This document shows, piece by piece, positions 30,516-40,819 of a DNA stretch of 64,000 bases; the stretch's first letter is position 1, and each line of letters opens with the position of its first letter. The position numbers and the translations under genes were made by a program. Source of the stretch: Candidatus Bathyarchaeota archaeon (lineage in GTDB: Archaea; Thermoproteota; Bathyarchaeia; Bathyarchaeales; Bathycorpusculaceae); NCBI GenBank assembly GCA_963720565.1, contig CAVRFW010000009.1, forward strand, positions 128,001 to 192,000, in the 5' to 3' direction. Under the pieces are notes generated by a model. That model saw nothing but the letters and a program-made list of their open reading frames with translations, was not told the origin of the DNA and ran no database searches.

Positions 30516-31118
30516 TTACTCTTTCTTTTTTCGGGTTACCTCATGTCTGTAGGAACGCTCTAGCCACCAGCGGAACTAGTATCCCAGCAAGTACTCGCGA
30601 GTAGAAAGGACAAAACAGCCCCTTCTATTGTTGCTGGTCCCAGAATAGACGAAAAATTACTAGCAAAAACCACAATTAAAGATCCCATAATTCCAGCAGT
30701 AACTCCGGCAATGAGCATTCTCTTGTAACTATCTGAACGCTTGTTTAATGCTCCAGCAACATACCCTATCAACATGGCGCTGACCAAGTTGCCCAATAAG
30801 CTTATGTCGCCACTTCCTTGAGAAGCATAGACTTGATCTGCAAAATACAGCGTGTAAAGACTGCCCATCAGGAATCCTGATGCTCCACCTGCCCATTGGT
30901 TCCAGACCAACCCAATCAGCATGGGCACTGCAACCACGACAATGGCTTCCAACAGAATGTATCTTAAGTGCTATAGCGGCGACAGAAGATGACATTGCGA
31001 TGCCAACTATTAGAAAAGCAACAATAGTCGGGACAATTACTCCGAAAACTAAATCTCTAAACTTCCAATCCTTCCAGTTATGAGCTGTCTTGATTTGTGT
31101 TTTCCAATAATTTTCCAT
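30516..31118 (-). CDS. Multi-pass membrane protein of unknown family (paralogue 2), frameshifted
   Basis: WKDWKFRDLVFG; VAVPMLIGLVWNQWAGGASGFLMGS; GALNKRS. Confidence 0.7.
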
Positions 31119-31139
31119 CCTAGTACTTGTAATGTCAAT

Positions 31140-32184
31140 CTAAGCGTTTGCTTCTTCCTTATTTGTCTTCTTTTTTCTTGGGAAATACTTTCTGGTGCGC
31201 AGTCCAAGCCAGACAAGCGAAAGCATCAGAGGCACCTCAAACAGGGGACCGATGACTGTTGCCAGAGCTGCACCCGATCCGATGCCGTAGAGCGTTACTG
31301 CCACTGCTATCGCCACTTCAAAGTGGCTGCTGCTTCCGATGAGTGTTGTATCGATTGCCGTTTCGTATTTCCAACCAAGAAAATACCCCAAGGGGTATGT
31401 CCAGGCAATCATGGTTGCATAGTGCAACAGGTTTGGAAGTGCAATGTAGGCTACAAGAAGAGGATCATTAAGGATTGTTTGGCCAGCGAACGAGAAAAGT
31501 ACTATCAATGTTAAGAGCAAAGCAACGATGGATACCTTGCCGATGGCAGCGGTGTACACGTTCTTGAACCATTCCTCCCCTTTCCTGCCAATTATTAGTT
31601 TGCGGGATACCGCGCCCGCTGCGACGGGAAGTGCGATGAAAGCTACAACGCTTAGAGCTATCAAATCCCATGGAACAGGGATGCTGCTAACGCCCAGGTA
31701 TAACGCTGCAAGAGGTGCGTACAGGATGAGCATCAGCATGGCGTTGACGGCTGTGTTGATTAAGCCTTGGGCCATGTTTCCCTTTGCGAGCAGCATCCAC
31801 CACATGACCATGGCGGTGCAAGGTGACAGGCCGAGAAGTATAACGCCTGCGATGTACTGTGGATTTCCGGCGAGAAAAACATTAGCGTAAACAGTCATTA
31901 TGATGAGGAGCAACGACCCAGTTGGCAAACAAGGTGACCAGAAGCGGTTTAGGGTTTCTTGAAGCCATTTTCACGTCGCTAAACCTGATGCCCAAAACCG
32001 TCGGGTACATCATGAAGAACAAGAGTACGCCGATCGGAATAGACAGGTTGGCAAATTTGAGGGAATCCATGAATTCGCCAAACGCAGGGAGAAACCTTCC
32101 GACAAGCAAACCAACAATAATGCATATCGCGATCCATAATGTCAAGTATTTCTCCCATATGCCGAGAGAAAGTTCTTGTTTCAC
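31140..32184 (-). CDS. acr3: Acr3 arsenite efflux transporter, frameshift near 31900
   Basis: EKYLTLWI, MMYP, NWVVAP, PCTAMV, SSHFEVAIAVA, GPLFEVP. Confidence 0.93.
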
Positions 32185-32246
32185 GTGTTCAGTATGTTCT
32201 TTTTCTGGTTTCCATTTTCTCGACTTCCAATTTGGCGAAATGCTTA

Positions 32247-32405
32247 CTACATTGTTCCTGTTATTGCGTCCGCTTTTAATCGGAGAAAATCCATCGCGTC
32301 TTCGTAGTCTAAGCAGGAATCTCCTGTTTTCTCAGGGTCTTTGAGGTTGCAATGTCCATTTTTCCAATTTATGCAGTTTTTGTGCTCACATAGAGGGTAA
32401 TTCAA
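32247..32405 (-). CDS. Unannotated 52-aa four-Cys protein
   Basis: TTG start after GAGGCG; MNYPLCEHKNCINWKNGHCNLKDPEKTGDSCLDYEDAMDFLRLKADAITGTM; fills the arsR-acr3 gap. Confidence 0.65.
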   Translation of the reverse strand: MNYPLCEHKNCINWKNGHCNLKDPEKTGDSCLDYEDAMDFLRLKADAITGTM

Positions 32406-32444
32406 TAGCCTACGCCTCTCATGCTTCTGTTTCTCTATTCAGGT

Positions 32445-32756
32445 TTACATGATCTGTTCGAGCATCTTTGCCCTAAATGTATTAATGAACTCGGGATTTG
32501 CATCATCGACAACTTTGAATATGCTTTGGTCTGTTACTGAGTACAGTCTTCTGTTTCCATCTTTTCTATCTCGGAGTATTCCACTTTCTTTGAGGATTTT
32601 TAGGTGACGAGATACCACTGGCTGAATAAGCTTCACGTGCGGGATTATTTCGCACACGCATTTCTCTCCGTCACGCAGAAAATCTAGTATGTTAAGCCTT
32701 ACTGGATCTGACAGAGCTTTGAAGATTTTGGCCTTGAACTTGTTGTTTTTCTCCAT
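32445..32756 (-). CDS. arsR: ArsR/SmtB metalloregulator
   Basis: FKALSDPVRL, alpha-3 KCVCE, VSRHLKIL. Confidence 0.92.
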   Translation of the reverse strand: MEKNNKFKAKIFKALSDPVRLNILDFLRDGEKCVCEIIPHVKLIQPVVSRHLKILKESGILRDRKDGNRRLYSVTDQSIFKVVDDANPEFINTFRAKMLEQIM

Positions 32757-32789
32757 TTGCGGGACACTAACAAAGAGTAAGACGCGGAA

Positions 32790-32808
32790 AATATTTAAAT
32801 ATTGTTAT
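32790..32808. promoter_or_regulatory. Candidate ArsR operator in the arsR promoter
   Basis: AATATTTAAATATTGTTAT, identical to 28882-28900. Confidence 0.7.
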
Positions 32809-33002
32809 GAAGCTATCGTTTAAAAACGCTACACCGCTCATTTTGTTATCCCCCAATTTCTTGTTGAATCCATCAGCCTGGTCATCTGAGTTGACGCGCA
32901 CTAAACTTCCGAGAAGAAGAAAAACAAGAAGCCTTTGCATAAAACGCAGTTTTTCTTCTTTCAAATGAATGATGGCAAAAGCTGTCTCTGCAGACATTGA
33001 AT

Positions 33003-33026
33003 TGTTGATGGCTAGACACAGTCACA
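33003..33026. promoter_or_regulatory. 24-bp palindromic motif, copy 1
   Basis: TGTTGATG-N8-CAGTCACA, 5 nt upstream of TTATAA. Confidence 0.65.
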
Positions 33027-33087
33027 TATTCTTATAATCTATAGAAGACTAGTGTTTAGTTGAGGATTTTTAAGGAGTTGTGAAGAA

Positions 33088-34068
33088 TTGGTAGTTGAAA
33101 TATCTAAAGATTACTTTAGTTTGTTGAATCAAGCCGTATCGCGAGAATTTCAGGTCTCAACCCAATACATACTGCAGCACGCCAAAATGGAGAAGTTGAT
33201 TCGTAGGTGCATCCCCGAGAATATTCTCATGGACAAGACAACCTACGATGCAGTCGGGAAATTTCTAAAGGAATTTGCAATTCATGAAATGAAACATGCA
33301 GCCGCCATTATGGAACGAATATATTATTTGGGCGGAGATGCAACCACCTATTCGGATAAACCAAACATCGGAGATTCATTGAGCACGTTCGCTAAAAACG
33401 GTTTGAAAGCTGAAGAGGAAGCGCTGGCGCTCTACCGCAAAATAATCGAGGAATCGGGCAAAATCGGAGACTGGGAGACTCGAGAGCTATTCGAGAAAAT
33501 TTACGGAGAAGAAGAAAAACACCTTTTCAAGTTCCAAGAATACGTCAACATACAAGACGAAGCGGAAGGACCATCCAAGGTACCGATTTCGGAATGGCGA
33601 AAGATATTCACCGACGACTACTATACTCTGTTAAACAAGGCTGTGCAAGCTGAGATCTCAGCAATTATTCAATATATAGTGCAACATGAAAAAGCAAGTT
33701 TACTTGCTCTAAGAGAGAAAAGCACAGCGCTCGAAGTGATTACTGAGTCTAACAAGCCCAGCGTAGTGAGCAAAATGCTGAAAGAAATTTTCCTGATTGA
33801 GATGGAGCACCTTGAGAAAATTGCTGAGAGGATATACTTGATTGAGGGCGAAGCAGTTCTTACACCTGAACCGATACCGCAAATTGGCGCAGACGCAGAC
33901 GACTTCCTAAAACTGGATCACGAAGCTGAGAACTACGCCGTCGTGCTCTATCGGAAAATCATTGCTGAAGCTCTGAAAATAGGTGACACCAAGACAAGGC
34001 GTATGTTCGAAGACATCGTCATTCAAGAAGAAGAGCACTACTGGAGATTCGACGACTACCTAAGATAA
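33088..34068 (+). CDS. Tandem two-domain ferritin/bacterioferritin-like protein
   Basis: Internal duplication; four ExxH motifs (EMKH, EEKH, EMEH, EEEH). Confidence 0.85.
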   Translation: MVVEISKDYFSLLNQAVSREFQVSTQYILQHAKMEKLIRRCIPENILMDKTTYDAVGKFLKEFAIHEMKHAAAIMERIYYLGGDATTYSDKPNIGDSLSTFAKNGLKAEEEALALYRKIIEESGKIGDWETRELFEKIYGEEEKHLFKFQEYVNIQDEAEGPSKVPISEWRKIFTDDYYTLLNKAVQAEISAIIQYIVQHEKASLLALREKSTALEVITESNKPSVVSKMLKEIFLIEMEHLEKIAERIYLIEGEAVLTPEPIPQIGADADDFLKLDHEAENYAVVLYRKIIAEALKIGDTKTRRMFEDIVIQEEEHYWRFDDYLR

Positions 34069-34195
34069 GCAGATTCTCTTGTCCAAAGACAAGGATAGCC
34101 TCAGAATACTTGAAATCACATTGTCAAAGAAAGAGCCTAAAGGAATCAAGAAACTCGCAATTACATAGAATTCAACTGTGAGGTCGGTTTCTTTG

Positions 34196-34585
34196 TTATT
34201 CTATGTTTTCTCTTTTGTTCTTAATTTTTTCTTTAATAAGAATCAATAAATCCTCTGGTCTTACCGGTTTTACCAAATAAGCGTCTGCTCCCACGTCTAA
34301 AGACTTTATGCCCGTCTCCAATGTAGGAAAACCTGTGATTATGATTTTTACGGCGTCGGGAAGGCTTTTCTGGAGTTTAGGTAACAAGTCGGTTCCATCC
34401 ATGTCTGGGAGCCTAACATCGATAAGCGTCGCGTCATATTTTCCCACTTCAGCCTTCTCTAAGGCTTCTTTCCCAGTCTCTGCAATATCTACTTCGTAAT
34501 CATCTTTCTTTAGAATAAGTGTGAAAGTCCTCAAGACAGACTTATCGTCATCTATGACGAGAATCTTCTTCTTACTCGCATTCAT
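34196..34585 (-). CDS. Stand-alone receiver-domain response regulator
   Basis: ILVIDDD, DVRLPD, ITG, YLVKP. Confidence 0.93.
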   Translation of the reverse strand: MNASKKKILVIDDDKSVLRTFTLILKKDDYEVDIAETGKEALEKAEVGKYDATLIDVRLPDMDGTDLLPKLQKSLPDAVKIIITGFPTLETGIKSLDVGADAYLVKPVRPEDLLILIKEKIKNKRENIE

Positions 34586-34671
34586 TTTCTAAACTTCCAG
34601 TCAGAGCTTAATTGTTCCGTTTTCCAAGCCCATGAACTGAACAAATAAACCGAGCTACCTTAATATGGATT

Positions 34672-34695
34672 TGCAGTTGTGTTTACACTACAACA
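34672..34695. promoter_or_regulatory. 24-bp palindromic motif, copy 2
   Basis: TGCAGTTG-N8-CTACAACA. Confidence 0.55.
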
Positions 34696-34919
34696 ACCAC
34701 GGTTTGCTTCTGTTTTCAGGGGTCTTCAATTTCGAAACCCTGTGTCTTATGCTGCTTCCATATTGGTCTATGGTCAGTTAGGACTTCCAAGACTAACTAA
34801 CTAGCTAACTTGAGGTTGCGTATCCATTAGGCCGCAATTATGCTTCATTTTATAAACACCTATGAACAAAATAGTGTTTGCTTCGAGCTTCTGCACTTAA
34901 TCTTCGGAGAAATATAAAC

Positions 34920-36572
34920 GTGAGTGGAAATGATATAATTCAGTTTTTACGGAACCTTGGTTTATCTAAAAGAGAAACAGACGTCTACCTATTCCTTGCA
35001 AAGAGCGGAGTCGCGTCAACAAGCTTCGTCGCCAAGAGACTCAAGATAGAACGAGTCCAAGCTTACCGTATATTCAAGAAAATGCAGGATAAAGGCTTCA
35101 TCGCAACAACATTAGAAAGGCCAACTCGTTTTACTGCCGTTCCTTTCGAGGAGCTTCTAGAGTCCTTTATTAGCACCAAGAAGACCGAAGTCCAAAATCT
35201 TGTTGACCAGAAGGAGAATCTAACTGCATCTTGGCGGGCAAGCAGTGCCCCCGAATCTGAGCAAATGATTGCAAAATTCTCCATAATCACTGGCAAGAAG
35301 AAAATTCATACAAAAATGTTGAACATGATTCATGAATCAAAAGAAGACATCTTGGTCTTAACGACGAGCACGGACTTTGTGCAAGAGGACATTGCCGGAA
35401 TTTTTGACGAGATACTACGCGCCGCTCAGAAGCGCAACATAAAATTCAAGATTATTGCAGACATCTCACCAGAAAATCTCAAAACCGCTGAGAGCATAAA
35501 CAAGAAAACGTCTGCGACGAAGCTGAATGTGGAATTTCGGCATGTAGATTTGAGTTCCAGGTTTTTCCCTTGCTTCCTAATTAAAGATGAAGAAGAAGCC
35601 ATTCTACATGGATCATTCAGCAACGAGTCGTCCCTATTAGACCTAGAGGATAGCGGTCTCTGGATATATGACAAGATGTTTGTTTCAGTCTTGAAAGGTT
35701 TCTTCGTTCAGCTATGGCAGAAAGCGGTAGATGCCAAAAGCCGCATACAGGCGTTGAAAACAGGAATACCGCTTGGGGAGACCTTTGTTATTAGGGACCA
35801 TGAAGAGGCTTTGGCTAAAATCGATGACGTATTGGGGACTGCAAAAGAAGATGTGATTGCAATTACTTCGTCCGAAGGCATAAACAGACTTTTGGAAAAC
35901 GATCCTTTCATGAAATACCGGAAGAAAGACTTGAGATTTCGCATTATGTCATCGATTGATTTGGATAACCTTGAAACTGCGAAGAAACTCGTGGCTGCTT
36001 ATCAAATAAAGCATGTTCCAGTTAACTATTTGTCAATGATTATTGTCGATAAAAAAGCTCTCTTCATGTTCAAAAGCCTACCTCTAGAGGGAAGTAGCTT
36101 TGGAGCACCATTCTATTTGGATGACACGTTCTACACGGATGACCCCCATACGGTTGAAAGGGCTGACGAAATGCTCAATGACATGTGGAGGAGAGGCGTA
36201 GAAATCTCGGAATTAGACTCACAGGCAGGCATCAATCTACCCACGGTTGATGTTGCGAGTGAAGAGAAAGTATCGGAGCTGATTAATGTAATGCTTCAAA
36301 ACAATGTTGACACTGCCCTCGTAACAGAGAACCGCAAGCCGATTGGAATAGTGACTCAGCGAGACATTCTTAGAGAGATGGCTAAACCTCAAATTGATCC
36401 AAGGAAAACCCTGATAAAAGATTTGAACTACACTCCGTTGATAGAGATGGAAAACAACGAATCCCTATCGAAAACTATGAAAAACATGCGCAAAGAAGGA
36501 TTAACCCGAATAGCGTTGGTTAAGAATGGTCAGCTAGTTGGAATGCTAAATGAAAACTTGGGAAAAAAATAA
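34920..36572 (+). CDS. TrmB-family regulator with duplicated effector domains and a C-terminal CBS pair
   Basis: LGLSKRETDVY HTH, RPTRFTAVP; two repeats ending FVQLW and LNDMW; IGIVTQRDIL and LVGML. Confidence 0.8.
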   Translation: MSGNDIIQFLRNLGLSKRETDVYLFLAKSGVASTSFVAKRLKIERVQAYRIFKKMQDKGFIATTLERPTRFTAVPFEELLESFISTKKTEVQNLVDQKENLTASWRASSAPESEQMIAKFSIITGKKKIHTKMLNMIHESKEDILVLTTSTDFVQEDIAGIFDEILRAAQKRNIKFKIIADISPENLKTAESINKKTSATKLNVEFRHVDLSSRFFPCFLIKDEEEAILHGSFSNESSLLDLEDSGLWIYDKMFVSVLKGFFVQLWQKAVDAKSRIQALKTGIPLGETFVIRDHEEALAKIDDVLGTAKEDVIAITSSEGINRLLENDPFMKYRKKDLRFRIMSSIDLDNLETAKKLVAAYQIKHVPVNYLSMIIVDKKALFMFKSLPLEGSSFGAPFYLDDTFYTDDPHTVERADEMLNDMWRRGVEISELDSQAGINLPTVDVASEEKVSELINVMLQNNVDTALVTENRKPIGIVTQRDILREMAKPQIDPRKTLIKDLNYTPLIEMENNESLSKTMKNMRKEGLTRIALVKNGQLVGMLNENLGKK

Positions 36573-36648
36573 ACAAACTGCTGAAAACGTGTCCGTTTTC
36601 GCATTTCCTGTTTCTGCCATGTAACGAGAGAAACGGCATTCAAAAATG

Positions 36649-39600
36649 TTAACTTTGAACGTTTGAAGGAGGTTTTGCGATGAACCGCAACCTAAACTTT
36701 GTACCCCTGCCTTTTTCACTTTCAAATGTAACGGTTCCGTTTAACGCCTCAGTTAAGCGCTTGACGACAGCTAGACCAAACCCTTGTCCTCTGGATTTGG
36801 TGGTGAACAGTGGCTGGAATAGCTTTGACTTCACTTCGTCAGGAATGCCCTCTCCTGTATCCTCGACCGTTATCACCGTGTCACTGTTGTCTCTATAGGC
36901 ATGCAATCTTAGTTTTCCACCTTTAGGCATAGCTTGCACGGCATTTGTGATTAGGTTACCGAGGATACGTTTAATGTAAGCAGAATCGGCTATGATTGTT
37001 CGTGAATCGTCGCTAACGTTGGCCTCGGTTTGGATGTTATCTGGCAGACCATTTGTGGCCAACAGTTCGGCAATGATGAGTTCTAGGTCAACTTCTTCAG
37101 ACATCGGCTTGAGGGGTTTGGCAAAGTCTTGAAGGTCCATTATGATTTTGTTAATGTACTCTGTTTGATTCTGGATGGCATCAAGGCTTTCTCTCAGATT
37201 TTTCTTCTCTTCACCTTCTGAGAAAGAATCTATACTCATTTTCGCCAGATAGACATCTCCGATTATAGCTTGCAACGGGTTGCGAATATCATGACCAACC
37301 ATTCCTGCAGTTTGACCAATAACGGCTAACCGTTGAGCATTCTTGCGCTCGGTAACATCTAAATTCGACTCGAAGATCTCGACCATTTGGCCATTCTCGT
37401 CAAATTTGGCTAGCCAGTAGCTTTGAACTACAATAGTGCGTCCGAAGCTTGTTTGGTGAGTAAGCTCTCCTGACCATTTGCCCTCACGTTTGAGTTGGCT
37501 TTCTATTTTGTCAAATGGTACTATAGAACTGGTTTTAAGAAGCGTATTAAGCTTTTTTCCGATGGCCTGAGCCTTGGTCCACCCGTATAGTTTTTCAGCG
37601 CCCATGCTCCAAAATGTGATAGTTCCTTCCGGCTTCTTTATAATAATGCCGTCAGGGCTGAGGTCGAGAAGAGCAGCTTGTTTGCGGAGTATTTCCTCAT
37701 TCTTAAGGCGTTCCGTGATGTCTCTCGCAGCTGCAAATACGCCGCTAATTTCGCCAGTTTCGCTTCTAAAGACTGTAGCATTATAGAGCACATCTGTGAT
37801 TCTTCCTGCCTTGTGCTTAATCGCTAGAGGATAATCTTTGACAAACCCCTTGGTGAAAACTTCTTGGTATCCTTGTCGTGCCATTTCAGGTTGAGTGAAA
37901 TAATTCGAAAAGTCGCTACCAATCAACTGTGTTCGATTGTAACCTGTCACTTTTTCTGTGGCTTCATTAACATCTGTGATTTTTCCGTTCGCGCTGATCG
38001 TAACTAGGGGATCAAGACTTGCCTCGATGAGATTTCTAGCGTAAAAAGCGGCAGCGTGTGCCTTTTCGCTTTCGCGTTTTTCGTATTCTGCCTTTTTGCG
38101 TTGGGTGATATCTGTGCAGATTCCGGTCATTCGAATCGGCCGGTCTTGATCGTCGTATTCACCCTGTCCAAGGGCACTAATCCACACTATTTTGCCGTCC
38201 GGACGCACAATTCTATATTCATTATCGAGAAAAGAATGCATTTTCAATGCTTGATTTACCTTAAAATTAGCTGTCTCCCGGTCCTCTGGATAAATGACAG
38301 AATTCCAACTTTCAAACGAAGCTATATCTTTCTGTGGGTTAAGGCCAAACAATCTAAACATTTCAAGTGTCCATTCGATTTTGCCAGTTTTGAAATCCCA
38401 GTCCCAGACTCCAACTCCGGCGGCACGTTGCGCCATTTCGAATCGCACATTTAGACGGTGAATTGCTTCTTCAGCGCCTTTGCGTTTCGTGATATCTTCA
38501 CCGTAAATATTGACGTATTTTTCTTCGGGGAACGGTACCACGAGCAACGAATGCGTCTGGTCTCCCAGCAAAACCTCAAACTTGGTTTTTTCATTTAATC
38601 TCAACGCATCAGCAATAACTAGGCTTATGTGACTAGGCGCGCGCTCACCGACTTTGCAGTTCCATTCTGTCAGCAAAGGCTTCCCGGGAGGATTGCAGTA
38701 CAATATTGTGCCATTTCCATCGATGCGGATTACGGTATTTGGGTTTTCAGCGGGAAACTTCGCCAGCCCACGGATTTCCTGCTCAGCTACCTTTCTTTCA
38801 GTAATGTCAAAACTTACACCTATCATGCGAACCGCTTTGCCCCTTTCATCCGAGACAGTTCTGGCCAACGCCCTAATCCACCTCAACCCCTTCGACGGAC
38901 TTACTATGCGGAATTCCTTTGTCCATGGAGCAGCAGCGTTTTGCATCGAGTTAAGAACAGACTCTTCTAATTTCTCTCGATCTTCTGGATGAACGAGCAA
39001 CAGCCAATCTTCAAGAGTAATGACCGTCCTGGGATCAATTCCATAGAGTTCATAGTTTTCCACAGACCACACCTGGGTGTGTTCAAGCAAATCCAAATCC
39101 CAGGTTGCTCCTCCCACGGCCTTCAGTGCCAAAGAAAGTCTTTCGACTACCTCTTTAATTTTAGCTTCATTTTCCTTTCGTTTTGTAACGTCATGTAAGA
39201 AGACAAAGAGTCTTCCTTGCCCGTCATCAGTGTGACTGACAGTTACTTCAAAACTACGAGTTGAACCGTCTTTGCAATGGTGTTCGGTCTCAAACCGATC
39301 ATATCCGCGTTTGACTACTTCAGACATATGACGCGATATTTCCTCAGGTGTTTCTTTTGCCTCCACTTCCCGAACATTCATCTGAAGCAGTTCATCTCGA
39401 CTATAGCCAATCAACTCCGAATAAGACGTGTTAACATCAAGAAAACGGCCTTCCCGATCCAAAACCCAGAAACCATCAATAGACGTCTGAACAGTATTCC
39501 TGTAGAGCGTTTCAGTCGCTTTTCGCTGTACCGCGTCCTCAACCACAACCCACTCTCTTCCCTTCTTCACAAGAGTGCCTACATGGTTTCTAACAACGTC

Positions 39601-40143
39601 AACAACATCGTTTCCACTGCATTTGCCCAGGCAGTAAGTACAAAGAGCAATCATGCGTCGAGAAAGGATTCTGTCATTGATTGCCGCCTCATATTCCGTG
39701 AAGTCTTTCCAAAGACTCTTCTCAACCCAAAAAGTGTTTCCTGAAAGACGCAAACCATCAAAACCACGACGAATAGCGGATTTTTCCTTGTCAATCCAAG
39801 CTTCCAATACTCGGTTAGAGTCAAACCGATTTTCTTTTAGATACCAATTCTCATACGAAATTATCTCAATCTGCCCTTTCCTAAAATAATCGTCCAACTC
39901 GGGAACAGCTTTGCCCAGTTCCTCTCTCGCCTTGTCAGCGTCAAGAGGCGGAGAGGTGATCCACATGCAAAACTCATTATTCCGCAAACCTTCAGAAAAA
40001 TACGGAATCAGAATCTCAACCAGGTCTTCCATGGTGTCATAAAACTGGCAAAGATGTGTACCCCATGGAATACCTCCGACAATATCCAATCCAAACTTTC
40101 GAACAGAAGTCTCTTCTTGTTTCACTGTTCCCTTATTCCCCAT
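36649..40143 (-). CDS. Soluble MEDS plus multi-PAS sensor histidine kinase
   Basis: GTHLCQFY (MEDS), repeated DITxRK PAC ends, HDIRNPL, NAVQA, DTGEGI, FTTK, GFGL. Confidence 0.93.
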   Translation of the reverse strand: MGNKGTVKQEETSVRKFGLDIVGGIPWGTHLCQFYDTMEDLVEILIPYFSEGLRNNEFCMWITSPPLDADKAREELGKAVPELDDYFRKGQIEIISYENWYLKENRFDSNRVLEAWIDKEKSAIRRGFDGLRLSGNTFWVEKSLWKDFTEYEAAINDRILSRRMIALCTYCLGKCSGNDVVDVVRNHVGTLVKKGREWVVVEDAVQRKATETLYRNTVQTSIDGFWVLDREGRFLDVNTSYSELIGYSRDELLQMNVREVEAKETPEEISRHMSEVVKRGYDRFETEHHCKDGSTRSFEVTVSHTDDGQGRLFVFLHDVTKRKENEAKIKEVVERLSLALKAVGGATWDLDLLEHTQVWSVENYELYGIDPRTVITLEDWLLLVHPEDREKLEESVLNSMQNAAAPWTKEFRIVSPSKGLRWIRALARTVSDERGKAVRMIGVSFDITERKVAEQEIRGLAKFPAENPNTVIRIDGNGTILYCNPPGKPLLTEWNCKVGERAPSHISLVIADALRLNEKTKFEVLLGDQTHSLLVVPFPEEKYVNIYGEDITKRKGAEEAIHRLNVRFEMAQRAAGVGVWDWDFKTGKIEWTLEMFRLFGLNPQKDIASFESWNSVIYPEDRETANFKVNQALKMHSFLDNEYRIVRPDGKIVWISALGQGEYDDQDRPIRMTGICTDITQRKKAEYEKRESEKAHAAAFYARNLIEASLDPLVTISANGKITDVNEATEKVTGYNRTQLIGSDFSNYFTQPEMARQGYQEVFTKGFVKDYPLAIKHKAGRITDVLYNATVFRSETGEISGVFAAARDITERLKNEEILRKQAALLDLSPDGIIIKKPEGTITFWSMGAEKLYGWTKAQAIGKKLNTLLKTSSIVPFDKIESQLKREGKWSGELTHQTSFGRTIVVQSYWLAKFDENGQMVEIFESNLDVTERKNAQRLAVIGQTAGMVGHDIRNPLQAIIGDVYLAKMSIDSFSEGEEKKNLRESLDAIQNQTEYINKIIMDLQDFAKPLKPMSEEVDLELIIAELLATNGLPDNIQTEANVSDDSRTIIADSAYIKRILGNLITNAVQAMPKGGKLRLHAYRDNSDTVITVEDTGEGIPDEVKSKLFQPLFTTKSRGQGFGLAVVKRLTEALNGTVTFESEKGRGTKFRLRFIAKPPSNVQS

Positions 40144-40340
40144 TAATATTACGCAGAATTTATTTAAAAACCTCGAGGACCCCGAGCATGAACTCACGTT
40201 CTCAACTATCGAGAAGAGAGTATCAAGTCGTCCGGAAAACTGAAATAAGTTTTCGATGTAACTATCGAAGACGAATTATCTTTCCGGGAGTGCCATCAGA
40301 CGTGGTCGAAGAAAAAAGTTGTAAGCATTTTCATTCCGTC

Positions 40341-40562
40341 TTAGTTTTTGGTCTTTAATCTCTTTTGTTTCGGAATTCTAAGCTTCTGCGAATTCTTGCT
40401 CGTGATAAACACAGATCCACCTCTTTCTAGGTGATTCCAAAGCCGCAGAAAATCGACTTCTTCACTCTCATGTAGCTCAACTTCTTGACTAGAGTCGTTG
40501 TACAAAAGCAACACCTGAAAAACTCGTTGTTTCAACAGCTTACTTTCAGCAACTTCTAACAT
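40341..40562 (-). CDS. Small hypothetical protein
   Basis: GAGG upstream; preceded by motif copy 3. Confidence 0.65.
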   Translation of the reverse strand: MLEVAESKLLKQRVFQVLLLYNDSSQEVELHESEEVDFLRLWNHLERGGSVFITSKNSQKLRIPKQKRLKTKN

Positions 40563-40617
40563 ATTTTGCCTCTTCTTAGCTACTTGAGCATTATGCTACA
40601 AACTAAAGAAAAGACTA

Positions 40618-40641
40618 TGTGGTTGTCACACTACAACAACA
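40618..40641. promoter_or_regulatory. 24-bp palindromic motif, copy 3
   Basis: TGTGGTTG-N8-CAACAACA. Confidence 0.65.
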
Positions 40642-40760
40642 ACTTCGCTTCGGCTAGCACGCCTTGCTTGGTCTATGAGCAGCTCTGGGAAAAAAAGCAA
40701 ACCCGTTCATACAAGAAGACTCCTAATACGGGTTTTTGGGTGGCCATTTTCTTTTTCCTT

Positions 40761-40784
40761 TGTGACTGCAAAGCCACAACAACG
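40761..40784. promoter_or_regulatory. 24-bp palindromic motif, copy 4
   Basis: TGTGACTG-N8-CAACAACG. Confidence 0.6.
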
Positions 40785-40819
40785 TAACAGTGTGTCAGAT
40801 AAGTGTAACGCGGGTTAAA

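Noticed and set aside
40675..40747. 24-codon minus-strand ORF MATQKPVLGVFLYERVCFFSQSCS
   Set aside because: It overlaps a hairpin (AAACCCGT/ACGGGTTT) plus T tract that is better explained as a terminator, and leaves no room for a promoter.
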